Positions 48,939-59,073 of a stretch of DNA of 64,000 nucleotides are shown one piece after another. The notes under the pieces were generated by a model. It worked only from the letters and a program-made list of their open reading frames with translations, ran no database searches and had not been told where the DNA came from. The stretch lies in NCBI GenBank assembly GCA_046538485.1, contig JBKHIT010000020.1, forward strand, positions 1-64,000, given 5' to 3'. This stretch comes from Candidatus Brocadiia bacterium. Its GTDB lineage: Bacteria; Planctomycetota; Brocadiia; SM23-32. A program made the translations under genes and the position numbers. Position 1 is the stretch's first letter; every line of letters starts with the position of its first letter.

Positions 48939-49067
48939 GTTCCACTTTTTTCCTCGCCCGCCCCCTTTTGTCAGAATCAATGTCCCTGTTGGTTGAAAGT
49001 TAATCCGGTCAAAGTTACCATAATAAATTAAATCATGGATTTCTTTAACTTTGTTCAGGAGAGAATA

Positions 49068-49550
49068 ATGCCGGAATTGTTGTCTGCCAGTGAGCTTATC
49101 AACATCGCTATTCGAGAAGAAGTGACCGGGGCCACTTTTTACCGTGCCCTGGCCGAAAAGACCGACTCTCCCGAGCTGGAAGATTTTGCTCTGGATATCG
49201 CTGATATGGAAGACAAACACGCCCAGAAATTCCGCGATCTTCTCGCAGAGGTCGGCGACTATTCACCGACAGGCGAGCAGTACGAGGGAGAATATCAGGA
49301 GTATCTCGAATATCTGATCGGTGGACGAATCTTCCCGGTCGGAGAAGACGCCGAACAGATGGCTGCCAACCAGGAATCCGATCTCGACGCCGTCGAAACC
49401 GCCGCCGAAATGGAAAAAAACACCCTCCTGCTCTACCAGGAGCTCCTTAATTTCGTTCCCGAACGAAACCACGATGTGCTGCAGGGAATCATGGACGAAG
49501 AACGACAACACCTGATGCAGTTCACAAAATACAAGGAAGAGAACCTCTAA
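49068..49550 (+). CDS. ferritin-like / rubrerythrin family protein
   Basis: AIREE...FY, EDKH, EKNTLLLY, EERQH di-iron motifs; CAGGAG RBS before ATG 49068. Confidence 0.9.
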   Translation: MPELLSASELINIAIREEVTGATFYRALAEKTDSPELEDFALDIADMEDKHAQKFRDLLAEVGDYSPTGEQYEGEYQEYLEYLIGGRIFPVGEDAEQMAANQESDLDAVETAAEMEKNTLLLYQELLNFVPERNHDVLQGIMDEERQHLMQFTKYKEENL

Positions 49551-49568
49551 CTCATTTAATCCGGCACA

Positions 49569-49618
49569 AATAAGCCCCGGAACGCAGATCTCCAAATGCG
49601 TGCCGGGGCTATTTTATT
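49569..49618. terminator. probable bidirectional terminator
   Basis: AATAAGCCCCGG-AACGCA...TGCGT-GCCGGGGCTATTTTATT hairpin between convergent genes. Confidence 0.55.
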
Positions 49619-49633
49619 GTAAAACGTTAATGC

Positions 49634-49768
49634 TTACTTGTGGCACCCCTCATCAACGCAGGGATGTCCTTCCTCGTCTCCATGGCACTCTTCGACTTGC
49701 TCCGGGGAACACTCTTCCGGATTTTCAACCTTCTTTTCCTCATCCTGACATCCACATTCTTCGCACAT
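49634..49768 (-). CDS. 44-aa Cys/His/Glu-rich small protein (metallothionein-like)
   Basis: MCEECGCQDEEKKVENPEECSPEQVEECHGDEEGHPCVDEGCHK; AAAAGGAG RBS; followed by a terminator; below the ORF-track length cut-off. Confidence 0.75.
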   Translation of the reverse strand: MCEECGCQDEEKKVENPEECSPEQVEECHGDEEGHPCVDEGCHK

Positions 49769-49944
49769 TTTTGCACTCCTTTTTCAAAGAAACCAATTTC
49801 AACAACTCTGCCCTTATCTGCAATATAAAGCGGAATGCCATCTGAGACAAATGCTTTTGACTGGCCGAACTGCTGTAGACTGAATGGATAAAGTGGACTT
49901 TCCGGGTGTCCACGTTGGGCCCCCGCCCATTTTTCATAACTCCA

Positions 49945-51066
49945 TCACCCTAAATTCCCCTCGTCCCCAAAGACGGTCCCAACCGACCGGGCGGTCTTCA
50001 CCAGCTGGCCTTCGGGGTCAACTTTCCTCTGGCGGTCGGCCACTTCTTCCAGGGGGACGGTCACAATTTCTTCGCTCTGGAGCGCCACGGTGCAGCCAAA
50101 GTTGCTATCGGCGGCCAGGACCATCGCCTCCCGGCCAAATCGCGTCGCCAGCACGCGGTCGCGGGCCGTCGGGGTGCCGCCGCGCTGAAGATGGCCCAGA
50201 ACCGTCGCCCTCGACTCGATATCGGTCGCGTGCTCAATCGCATCCGCCAACCATACGCCAATGCCTCCCAGTCGGACCGGATCGTGGCTTTCTTCCACGT
50301 GATCCCGCATGACATATTCTCCGCCGCTGGCTTTGACACCTTCCGCGACCACCACAATGCTGAAGCGTCTTCCCATTTCGCCCCGCTGGTGAATCGCCTC
50401 ATAGACAGTCTCAAGATCGTATTCGATTTCCGGGATAAGAATGATGTCGCCACCACCCGCCATCCCTCCCACGAGCGCCAGCCAGCCCGTATATCGGCCC
50501 ATCGTCTCCACAACCATCACGCGGTGGTGGGACTGAGCGGTGGTATGAAGACGATCTACAGCGTCCGTTACGATTTGAACCGCGGTATCAAACCCGAACG
50601 TCACATCGGTCCCGCAGACATCGTTATCGATGGTCTTGGGCACACCAACGCAATCGAGACCCTTCTGCTGCAGATGCTCAGCGATACTCAGCGTGCCGTC
50701 CCCGCCGATGCACACGAGAACGTCAATTCCGGCTTTTCGCGCATTTTCCACGCACTCAGCCGAGCGATCGACCGGTTTGGCGTTTTCGTCTTCAGGTGGA
50801 TAATACCTGAACGGGTTTGCTGTATTAGATGATCCGAGTATGGTCCCACCAGTCGTCAGAATCCCGCTTACATCATCATAAGAGAGCGGTATCATGCGAT
50901 CGCGCACAAGCCCATCGTAGCCGTCGAGTATGCCAACCGCTTCAATATCGTATTCGCTAACCGCCGTTTTGACGACTGCGCGTATCACCGCGTTGAGGCC
51001 GGGACAGTCGCCCCCGCCTGTCAGAACACCTATCTTTGTCAGGTCTGTATTTTTCGGCATAATCAT
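49945..51066 (-). CDS. pfkA: 6-phosphofructokinase (group III type)
   Basis: TGGGDCPGLNA, GGTILGSS, IGGDGT, PKTIDND, VETMGR, LGHLQRGG. Confidence 0.95.
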   Translation of the reverse strand: MIMPKNTDLTKIGVLTGGGDCPGLNAVIRAVVKTAVSEYDIEAVGILDGYDGLVRDRMIPLSYDDVSGILTTGGTILGSSNTANPFRYYPPEDENAKPVDRSAECVENARKAGIDVLVCIGGDGTLSIAEHLQQKGLDCVGVPKTIDNDVCGTDVTFGFDTAVQIVTDAVDRLHTTAQSHHRVMVVETMGRYTGWLALVGGMAGGGDIILIPEIEYDLETVYEAIHQRGEMGRRFSIVVVAEGVKASGGEYVMRDHVEESHDPVRLGGIGVWLADAIEHATDIESRATVLGHLQRGGTPTARDRVLATRFGREAMVLAADSNFGCTVALQSEEIVTVPLEEVADRQRKVDPEGQLVKTARSVGTVFGDEGNLG

Positions 51067-51100
51067 TCCTCGGATCGACAGTCTCTTTGATTTTTATCTA

Positions 51101-52096
51101 TCAGTCGGCCAACAAATGCGCTCCCTGAGCAAGCAGGTCCACAACTTTCCGTTTGATCGCCTGATCTGCGGTCAAATCTTTAACATAAATGGGGACAGCG
51201 TCAGGACGTCCTTCCAGAGCTCTCGCCGGTGTCATCATATCCGTGAGGTATCGCACCCATTTGCGCAGATCGACGCGCGGTTCTTGCCCTCGAGTCAATA
51301 CCATAACAGGCCGCTCAGCCAGTATGGCGAGACAAAACTCGGCTCCGCGCTCCGCCCGCGCATACTCGCTGACTTCTTCCCAGAAAGCGTGATGTTCCCT
51401 CGGGATCTCAACAGTTACCAGCGTGTGATCTCGCATATAAATAAGTTCGCTGGCACGATCGCCCGCAAGATCCCGGTTTTTCCGCTGAGTCTGGCGTGCT
51501 TCCTCCTGAAGCTCCGGGTCAAGCTCCTCAGGGCGGTTCTCGATCAAAGGGCCAACGATGGTGTTGAGCCGGAAAGCATCCTTTTTCAGGCTGTTGATAA
51601 CCCGACGCCAATCGTTCCCCCACCGTTCGTCGTCTTCTTCCGAAAGTGTGTCAGCAGCAAAGTTCTTCAGAGCGTCCGCAAAATCATCCCCGGGGGCAGC
51701 AAAAGCTTCGTGGACCAATTCAGCCGTGGAATCGACTTCCGGTTGAAGGACCAAATTTTGCTCCCCGATAATATTCCGAACTGCCGCCACATCTTCGGAT
51801 CGCCACCCGCCCGTGCTGAACCACCGGACAGGGGCCGAGAAAGACCGCAGAACATCCATAAGATCCGGGCGGACAAGCTCGCCATCCCAGCTCATGTACA
51901 CCACGTTCAGTCCGCAGATGACAAGTGTATACATTCTCGGCAGCTTCAGTTGGATTGACGGTTCGAAAAATCCGGGCAACTCCTCCGATCCCATAAAAAA
52001 CGTCTCGAAAGAGCCCTCAATTCCCCGGGCCACGATCGCCGCGGAGGCCACGCCATCCACATCGGGAGACGCCACGATTACAGTCAGATCGCTCAT
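51101..52096 (-). CDS. DHH-like hypothetical protein
   Basis: PDVDGVASAAI and STAELV resemble DHH phosphoesterase motifs, but the DHH triad is not seen; GAGGA RBS. Confidence 0.55.
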   Translation of the reverse strand: MSDLTVIVASPDVDGVASAAIVARGIEGSFETFFMGSEELPGFFEPSIQLKLPRMYTLVICGLNVVYMSWDGELVRPDLMDVLRSFSAPVRWFSTGGWRSEDVAAVRNIIGEQNLVLQPEVDSTAELVHEAFAAPGDDFADALKNFAADTLSEEDDERWGNDWRRVINSLKKDAFRLNTIVGPLIENRPEELDPELQEEARQTQRKNRDLAGDRASELIYMRDHTLVTVEIPREHHAFWEEVSEYARAERGAEFCLAILAERPVMVLTRGQEPRVDLRKWVRYLTDMMTPARALEGRPDAVPIYVKDLTADQAIKRKVVDLLAQGAHLLAD

Positions 52097-52341
52097 CTTG
52101 TCATCCTCTGGAAAACACTCGTTATCCGCCCGGCATTATATTATCCCCCTCGTCGTCCATCAACACGGCAAAGGGCGAATAAAGAACGAAAGGCCCGCTT
52201 CCCGGGGCCATTGCGAGGGGCCTCTGGCCCTCGCAATGACACGTGAACCTGAATGGCTGAGTGTAACGGACCCTAACCGCGTATTCACGCTGGCAGGGTA
52301 CCAAAAATACGCGGATGAACGTGAGTGCGAATTGGAAGATT

Positions 52342-53004
52342 TCAACGTTTCTTTTCCGCCGCCTTCACAAACCGGTGGAGGTTGTTCTCCTCCCACTCCA
52401 TCGCCCGCTGATATTCCGGGAATTTCTCAAGCTGTTCCGTGAACTCAACCGAATGCACATTCCCCGGCGTCGGGGGGATCTCCCGATGCAGCATCTCGTG
52501 GAAAATCAGAAACCGGACAAAATATCCCGGCACAAACGACGCATCGAGTTTGGGATTGATCCGTATCAGATCTTTCCGCCCGTCGTAAGACGCAAACTGT
52601 ATGCTCGATTTATTCTTTCCCGGCGTCGTCCGTCCCCAGCTAATGTGCGGCCAGTCATCGTCGGGAAAATGTTCGCCCAGCACTTCGTCCCGAAGTTCCT
52701 CAAGATCAAAATGCCGCCCCCTCGGACGCAGATAGGTTCGCCGCGGTTGATAGTTGATCCGGTGTTCGTTCTCGCGGATGTATTCGCGAACGCAATCCAT
52801 CCCGCTCTCATCCCCGCCGATATAGTATCCCACTGCATTCAAAACGTCATCCGGCGCATCAAGAAACATGCGGTGCATACGGACTTCAGCCACACCGTCG
52901 CGGTGGCGAACCGAGATCATTGACCGGTAATTATCCGTGAGGGTCAGTCTTACGTCGCAGCCGCTGTGTCGCTCAAGCTGTCGGGCCAATTCACGTTTCG
53001 TCAT
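52342..53004 (-). CDS. SprT/YgjP-like zinc metallopeptidase
   Basis: IRINPKLD...FLIFHEMLH...HS.EF; GGAGG RBS. Confidence 0.8.
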   Translation of the reverse strand: MTKRELARQLERHSGCDVRLTLTDNYRSMISVRHRDGVAEVRMHRMFLDAPDDVLNAVGYYIGGDESGMDCVREYIRENEHRINYQPRRTYLRPRGRHFDLEELRDEVLGEHFPDDDWPHISWGRTTPGKNKSSIQFASYDGRKDLIRINPKLDASFVPGYFVRFLIFHEMLHREIPPTPGNVHSVEFTEQLEKFPEYQRAMEWEENNLHRFVKAAEKKR

Positions 53005-53036
53005 ATCAACACCTCCGGCTGAACTTCACATCAATG

Positions 53037-55100
53037 CTACTCTGTCGGAATCCGTTCCAGGACAAGAGATCCATAAGCCGGTATGCTGACAAGATCCTCA
53101 ACCTCCCGGCCGGTCAGCAGATCCCCGAACTTATCGTCACCGAGCGGAATATTCACACTTTCATCGTTGAAATTCAGCAGGAAAACGAACTCCCCCTCAC
53201 CATCTCTCCGCACCTGTGCGGTTATGCCCTCCGGCAATTCACTTCTGAGAGCGCGCTCCAGTTGAAGTTCCTCGCTGAGCGAACCGTAAAAATCGTCCAG
53301 AAATTCCCCGCCGTCCTGGAAAGCAACGTAGTAGACCTCACCTTCGCCAAACTGATTTACCGTCAGCGCCGGACGCCCCGCGTAAAAATCTTCAGTGTAT
53401 CTCGCAAGCACCTCCGCGTCTTCTTCGCGAATGAGATCGCAGAATATGCGCGTCCCGTAGCTTCCTTGCAGGCCGAGGGAGTTCCCTTCTTCCATCTCCA
53501 CGCGGTTTGATTCGTCATCATAAAGCACATCCATCTCTTCAGCCCAGATACCCGCCAGTTCCCGCAGAGGTCCCGGCCAACCGCCCAGAAAACACCGATC
53601 ATTTTCATCAACGATGCCGCTCCAGTACGTGATCACCAGCGTGCCTCCCTGCCGCACGAAATCTTCGAGTCGCTCCGAAACGCCGGGGCGGATCATGTAG
53701 AGCATCGGTGCCACCAGGAGCCGATACGACTCGAAGCTGCAGTCCATCTCAATAACGTCTACGGGAATTGACCGCTCCCAGAACGGACGATAATGGTCGT
53801 GGCAAATCCCTTCGTAATTCACCTCTTTGCGCGGTCCGGCGGCACCTTCGATGGCCCAGCGGTTCTCCCAATCGTAAATCAGCCCGACCTCGGGCCGAAC
53901 GCTTGTTCCGATCACCGGATCGAGCTGTTCAAGGATACTTCCTACTTCCGCAACTTCCCGGAAGACCCGGGTGTTTTCATGTCCTGCATGATCGACGACC
54001 GCGCCGTGGAACTTCTCAGCGCCCCCGCGGCTTTTGCGCCACTGGAAATACTGCACCGTATCGGCCCCATGAGCGACCGCCTGGAGGCTGCTCAGACGAT
54101 GCATGCCCGGGCGTTTCAACTTCATGACGGGCATCCAGTTCGTTGAGCTCGGGGTGCTCTCCATCAGCATAAACGCCCGGCCCCCTTTCATGCAGCGATT
54201 GATGTCGTGCCGGAAGGAAAACTCCACGGCCGTACGCCGATCCGAGGGACGGTCGTGATATTTCGGGTAGGCATCCCAGGAGATTACGTCAACTTCTTCG
54301 GCAAGCCGCCAGTAGTTCAGGCCGGGATACGTCCCCATAAAATTTGTGGTAATGGGGACTTCGGGCGTGTGTTCTCGTAGCACTTCCGCCTCATTACGGA
54401 TGAGCGATGCCGTCTGGTCGGTCACGAACCGTTTCCAGTCCAGCGTCTGCCCCATGATACTTCCCTCGCCGTACGGGCCGCCGGGAGCTTCGATCTGGCT
54501 CCAATCGGTATAAGTATGCCCCCAGAAAGCCGTCCACCATTTCTCATTCAGTTCATCCAGCGACTCATATTTTCCCTGGAGCCAATCGCGGAATGTCTGT
54601 TCGCAGGATTCGCAGTAACAGGCACCTCCGTATTCGTTGTGGATATGCCAGACGAGCAATGCCGGATGGTCCGCGTAACGTTCGGCGAGCTTGGAAGCAA
54701 TCTGGCGGCATTTTTCGCGGTAGATTGGGGACGACAGACAATAATTAACCCGCCCACGGTGACGTCGGCGGATTCGGTCCACGCCGGTTCGGAGAATTTC
54801 GGGGTATTTTTGCGACATCCAGGCCGGGTGCGCAGCGGTGGGGGTCGCCAGCACCGCCCACGAATCGTTGTCCGCCAGCCTGTCCATAATCTCATCCAGC
54901 CAGTCGAACTCGTAACGCCCCGCTTCCGGTTCCACTTTCACCCATGAAAAAATGCCCACCGACATCGCGTTGCAATGAGCTTCCCGCATCAGACGCATGT
55001 CTTCATCCCAGATCTCGGGGGACCACTGATCCGGGTTATAATCACCACCATAAAGAAAATGGGGGCATTTCGGGTTAATCGGCGGGTAGCTGTCGGCCAT
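53037..55100 (-). CDS. beta-galactosidase, GH42
   Basis: YGGDYNPDQW, GIFSW, LATPT, WHIHNEY, LMESTP, YFQWR, EKFHGAV. Confidence 0.95.
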   Translation of the reverse strand: MADSYPPINPKCPHFLYGGDYNPDQWSPEIWDEDMRLMREAHCNAMSVGIFSWVKVEPEAGRYEFDWLDEIMDRLADNDSWAVLATPTAAHPAWMSQKYPEILRTGVDRIRRRHRGRVNYCLSSPIYREKCRQIASKLAERYADHPALLVWHIHNEYGGACYCESCEQTFRDWLQGKYESLDELNEKWWTAFWGHTYTDWSQIEAPGGPYGEGSIMGQTLDWKRFVTDQTASLIRNEAEVLREHTPEVPITTNFMGTYPGLNYWRLAEEVDVISWDAYPKYHDRPSDRRTAVEFSFRHDINRCMKGGRAFMLMESTPSSTNWMPVMKLKRPGMHRLSSLQAVAHGADTVQYFQWRKSRGGAEKFHGAVVDHAGHENTRVFREVAEVGSILEQLDPVIGTSVRPEVGLIYDWENRWAIEGAAGPRKEVNYEGICHDHYRPFWERSIPVDVIEMDCSFESYRLLVAPMLYMIRPGVSERLEDFVRQGGTLVITYWSGIVDENDRCFLGGWPGPLRELAGIWAEEMDVLYDDESNRVEMEEGNSLGLQGSYGTRIFCDLIREEDAEVLARYTEDFYAGRPALTVNQFGEGEVYYVAFQDGGEFLDDFYGSLSEELQLERALRSELPEGITAQVRRDGEGEFVFLLNFNDESVNIPLGDDKFGDLLTGREVEDLVSIPAYGSLVLERIPTE

Positions 55101-55415
55101 AATTCATCCTTTCTGAAAGTTACGAAACGACATTTTTTTATTGCAGATTATGATAATGGCAAAGACCACCTCGCACAAAGAACGGTCATGTTGGCCGGTC
55201 TCTGAGCCGCATTCCGTTGTCGGTGGGCGGTGGTTAACGGAGGAACGAGCGCGAACTGGTTTTTGGGGTCAGCGGCATAACTTTCGGACTGCGGCGCTCC
55301 GGCGTCGCTTTCTTTGCTCTTCGCCGTATCGCCGTTGCTGATCTCTGTCCTCTGCGCCTCTGTCATCTGTCCGGTCGTCACCCCCTGCGGGGGTACTTTT
55401 TGGGGCTCGGGCCCC

Positions 55416-55439
55416 TAACCCGCTTTTCTCAAGCGGCAC
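55416..55439 (-). repeat. IS/MITE-like terminal sequence (inverted copy of 3252-3275)
   Basis: TAACCCGCTTTTCTCAAGCGGCAC. Confidence 0.55.
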
Positions 55440-55552
55440 TCCCGGAAGGCGAACCGCTGCCTTTAGACTCAGATTACAGACTGTGTACCGAGACCAGATG
55501 CGAAATATAGTGCCAAGTCGTACCTAAATCCTTCCGTTCTCCGTCGGATGAA

Positions 55553-56515
55553 TCACTGTTTGCGTTGATTCCTCATCATCTCCGCCCGCAGCAGACGGAA
55601 TGGGTAGAACCACAGCCGCATAGGGAACCGTTTGTTTGTTACTTCGTGATGCTTTCGAAGGCTCTGATATTTCCGAAGCCGCTGTTCGGGATCTTCCCCG
55701 AAACGCGGACATGCCTCGCCGAATTCTTTTCTCAAGATTTGCTGAAGTCTCTGGTTCCGGGGAGCGTAATCCTGCGGGTAGGCAGGCGTCCAGAGTATTG
55801 CATTTTTAAATTCCGGCCAGAACTTCTGGCTCTCAGGCCAGTTTTTCTTAATCAGCTCCGGTCGCGAGGCCAGCATGCGCACGCTGTATCCTTCAACAAG
55901 TCTGTTTTTGTAGGGATCAACGGTGTACACCCGGTGATCTTTGCGCACTTCAGCAATGGTATGATGAGAAACGCCGCTTTCCGGGTCTCGCAGATACACG
56001 ATCTGGGTTTCCCAACCTTTCTGATAGGCCAATTCGCAAAAAACCCATGCCTGCCGGTCGCACAGTCCAGTTCTTCCCTGCCAGATTCTAAGGGGCCACA
56101 GCGGGCGTTTGTCCTTGTTTTGACGGGACTCAAGGCGGTCTGCAGTCGCTTCAAAAAGCGCCTCAATGTCGTCTTTTTCCCCTCTGGTTATCTTTTCGGC
56201 GATCATTTTAAAAACGACAGCGGAACGCCATCGATGGAAATCCCGGTGGCAGAAAGGAGCCGACAGGAAGGCGGGGTCCAGTTTTTCGCGGGCGCTCAGT
56301 TTCTTGTAGGCCGCTTTGGGTTCGTCGGGGACTTCTCGGGCGATTTTCGACGCGAGCCGAACAGCTTTTTGCCCCTCGTTATTTTGCACCGCTTCGACCC
56401 AGCGGACGGCCAGAGCGGGCGTCGATGGGTTTTTCAGCAACCAGAGTCCCTCGATCACCCCTCCGATCAGCAGGACGAGTGCCAGGGCCATCAATAATTT
56501 CAGTCGTTTGGACAT
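55553..56515 (-). CDS. membrane-anchored transglutaminase-like hypothetical protein
   Basis: N-terminal TM helix; GLCDRQA...HHTIAEV...VDPY suggests a Cys-His-Asp/Glu fold; start placed at ATG 56515. Confidence 0.55.
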   Translation of the reverse strand: MSKRLKLLMALALVLLIGGVIEGLWLLKNPSTPALAVRWVEAVQNNEGQKAVRLASKIAREVPDEPKAAYKKLSAREKLDPAFLSAPFCHRDFHRWRSAVVFKMIAEKITRGEKDDIEALFEATADRLESRQNKDKRPLWPLRIWQGRTGLCDRQAWVFCELAYQKGWETQIVYLRDPESGVSHHTIAEVRKDHRVYTVDPYKNRLVEGYSVRMLASRPELIKKNWPESQKFWPEFKNAILWTPAYPQDYAPRNQRLQQILRKEFGEACPRFGEDPEQRLRKYQSLRKHHEVTNKRFPMRLWFYPFRLLRAEMMRNQRKQ

Positions 56516-56540
56516 GGAACCAGTTCCGAAACAAGCGTGT

Positions 56541-56600
56541 GCGCCCCTTCGGGACGCGTTTTCTTTATTCGCTCCTTTAACCCCGAACTCCGGCGGCTGA
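56541..56600 (+). repeat. REP/MITE-like palindromic repeat (family C), copy at 62018-62077
   Basis: GCGCCCCTTCGGGACGCGTT...ACCCCGAACTCCGGCGGCTGA shared. Confidence 0.75.
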
Positions 56601-56642
56601 GCAAGGGAAACGTCAAAATTACCGTTTTGTTGTGCCAACTCG

Positions 56643-56907
56643 AGTCCGTTATCCGTTCACCCGTCGTTGCTGGTTGCTGGTGAACGGATAACGAACTGGA
56701 GCTGGTTACTGGTGACCGATCCCCCCGGAGGGTGGCACAGCTTCTAAACTTCGTAGCTTCTCAACTTCCTCGACGCCACCGCCGTCGCTGTCCAACCGAT
56801 CACCGATGACAGATCACCGATCACCCGTCGTCCTCTGCGTCTCAGTGCCTCCGTGTGATAATTGCCGTATGCCTGTAACTTAGAACTTAGAACTCAGAAC
56901 TTTGAAC
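56643..56907. repeat. cluster of a hairpin and short tandem repeats
   Basis: 19-bp inverted repeat 56643-56661/56679-56697; CCGATCA-like x4 (56796-56823); AACTTAG-like x4 (56877-56904); GCTGGTT-like units. Confidence 0.8.
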
Positions 56908-58054
56908 TGTCGTTACTCATAACTGCCGTTCCACCGCTCACCCGCCGTATCAACATTTCCCATCTGTCCAGGAATGTCTCCAGGCCGAACCGTTCGAGCA
57001 CGTCCGGTGCCTTCCCGGCCATCCGTTGTCTCTGTTTTTCATCGCCCATGAGCCGACTCAGCGCCGAGGCCAGGCCTTCGACGTCACCCGGCGGGACCAG
57101 AAATCCGTCCACCCCATCGCGGATGATCTCCCCGGGGCCGCTGGGACAATCGAAAGAGACCGGCGGCAGCCCACAGGCCATCGCTTCGGTGAGCGCGTTG
57201 GGAAATCCCTCGTAGCGGGAGCTCATGACGAACATTTCACCCGCACACAGGATCGGATAGGGATTGCGGAACCGTCCGAGCAGCTGCGCTTCTCCCGCCA
57301 GATCCAGCTCGTCAATTTGTCTTTCCAGTTGCGATCGCAGTTCTCCTTCCCCGAGGATCCCGAGTTTCCAGTTCTCGCAGGTGTCGTCAGGGATACGGCT
57401 GAAAGCATCCAGCAGAAGATCGTATCCTTTCTGATCGGCGAGTCGTCCCATGGACAGGATCCATTTTTGCTGCGATATTGTCCCGGCGAGCTTCTCCGCA
57501 TCGGTATCCGCGGGTCGGTCATCGAGCACGACGGGGTTCTGTATTGGCACGACTTTTCCGGCAGGCAGCCATCGCCGGTACCAGGGCGCCATCCCGCGGC
57601 TGCAGGTCACCACGGCGTCCGCCAGCGGGAAAGTGATGACACGGGCGGTGCATGCCAGCGTCCGCAGATCGGTGAGAGCCGGATGAACACGTTCGTTGAC
57701 GATGACGGGGAACGGCATTCGATCGAGGACGCGCGTGGCGAGCACCGCGAGGACGTTACATTCGGTCATCACTCCCACAAACGCGTCGGGCTGGAGATGG
57801 CGGAGGGCGTTTCGTATCGCGTGGAGTCGTGTGACATTCTTCAGAAGAGTTTTCATCAGTTCGTCGGTGCCCCAGTGTACATCCAGAGGCAAGATCTCGA
57901 CCTCTGTGGGAAGTTTATAGAAGGGTTTTTCAGCCCCGGCAAGTGTCAGAATCGAAATCTTGTATCCCCGCCCGCCGAGTCCCCCTGCCAGCAGGGCCGT
58001 CACGCGTTCGGCCCCGCCGCAGTGCAGATTATGAATGAGGAAAGCGATATGCAT
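56894..58054 (-). CDS. glycosyltransferase family 4
   Basis: GGAERV, MGRLADQKG, SSRYEGFPNALTEAMACG, DCPSGPGEII; start placed at ATG 58054. Confidence 0.95.
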   Translation of the reverse strand: MHIAFLIHNLHCGGAERVTALLAGGLGGRGYKISILTLAGAEKPFYKLPTEVEILPLDVHWGTDELMKTLLKNVTRLHAIRNALRHLQPDAFVGVMTECNVLAVLATRVLDRMPFPVIVNERVHPALTDLRTLACTARVITFPLADAVVTCSRGMAPWYRRWLPAGKVVPIQNPVVLDDRPADTDAEKLAGTISQQKWILSMGRLADQKGYDLLLDAFSRIPDDTCENWKLGILGEGELRSQLERQIDELDLAGEAQLLGRFRNPYPILCAGEMFVMSSRYEGFPNALTEAMACGLPPVSFDCPSGPGEIIRDGVDGFLVPPGDVEGLASALSRLMGDEKQRQRMAGKAPDVLERFGLETFLDRWEMLIRRVSGGTAVMSNDSSKF

Positions 58055-58202
58055 GTCAGATTTGAACCTCAAGGCGGAGAACGCGGTCAAAACCACCAGA
58101 ATAGTAACACCAGGGTGGTGAGAGTTGCAATGGAAGGGGGGGAGGACTGGTGAACGGAGGAACGGATTGGAAAGAGAGAACGGGGTCTGCCCCGCTGCAG
58201 AA

Positions 58203-58238
58203 GTCCCTTACGTCCCTTCTGTCCCTTCGGTCCCTTGC
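58203..58238 (+). repeat. nonamer tandem repeat GTCCCTTNN x4
   Basis: GTCCCTTAC GTCCCTTCT GTCCCTTCG GTCCCTTGC; two-unit copy with a shared left flank at about 61043-61078. Confidence 0.8.
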
Positions 58239-58525
58239 CCTCGCGGGGCCAGCAAGCTGGCCATGCACTTTTGCGCCACCCCTTCGGGGTTTGCAAATTA
58301 TGTGACCTCGTGGAGTCCCGGGGCTTACCGCCCGGGTTATCTCTGCGATCGCCTCTTTTCAGAAGCTTAACTTGCCATAACGAAGACCACGAACTGCCGC
58401 GACTTTGGAAAATGCTGGAGAGCTGTAGGTCCGGATCGCCGAGCCGGAGCTGTCGTTTGTCGTTTCTGCGCGATACCAGCAGGTTTCCGGACCACGTTCT
58501 GAACTCCAGCCTGCTCACAGGGAAT

Positions 58526-58693
58526 GGAGACTCGAGTTCAGCTGAGCTCGCCAGAGGCGAGCGAAACTGGACTTGAGGCGGGCCAATTTGGAAAATGGCT
58601 ATTCGGACGAAACAGCCCGCGTTCTGAACTCCAGTCCCGCGGGAGCGGTTCTGAAGTCCAGTCCGCTCACGGGTCACAATCTTCTTCACCCAC
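58526..58693 (+). repeat. family B dispersed repeat (copy of 14174-14342)
   Basis: Near-identical direct copy 44 kb away. Confidence 0.9.
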
Positions 58694-58726
58694 GGCCCCA
58701 GCCCTCGAAGGTTGCGGCCACGAACG

Positions 58727-58837
58727 TCGTTCGTGCGATCCGCTCCATTACCAGGCCCTCAACCCCGAACTCCCCCGCTCCGCGGGGTCGCCCGGGGCTA
58801 CTTCTGAGGCGCCCGCGTTGCGGGCTCAACGACTACC
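58727..58837 (+). repeat. about 110-bp direct repeat, left of the MNT-HepT module
   Basis: TCGTTCGTGCGATCCGCTCCATTACC...GCTCCGCGGGGTCGCCCGGG...CTACTTCTGAG.CGCCCGCGTTGCGGGC shared with 60248-60363. Confidence 0.85.
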
Positions 58838-59073
58838 ACTACGGTATGGGGGCCGCCAGACCGGCAACGTGGTTCACTGAATACTTGCCCGAAAATCGCG
58901 CGTGAGGCCCTCCTTGAAGGGTTTTGTTGCCGTATCCGGTTGTCTGCAAAGTGCTTGCGATGGTACGTCCCCTTTCTGGAAGGATCCAGATAAGCGCGGC
59001 AGCCATCCCGTCGAAAAAAAACACCGTCCGGCAGCTGACGCCTGCATACGGGGCGTCCGGCCCGGCAACCTGC

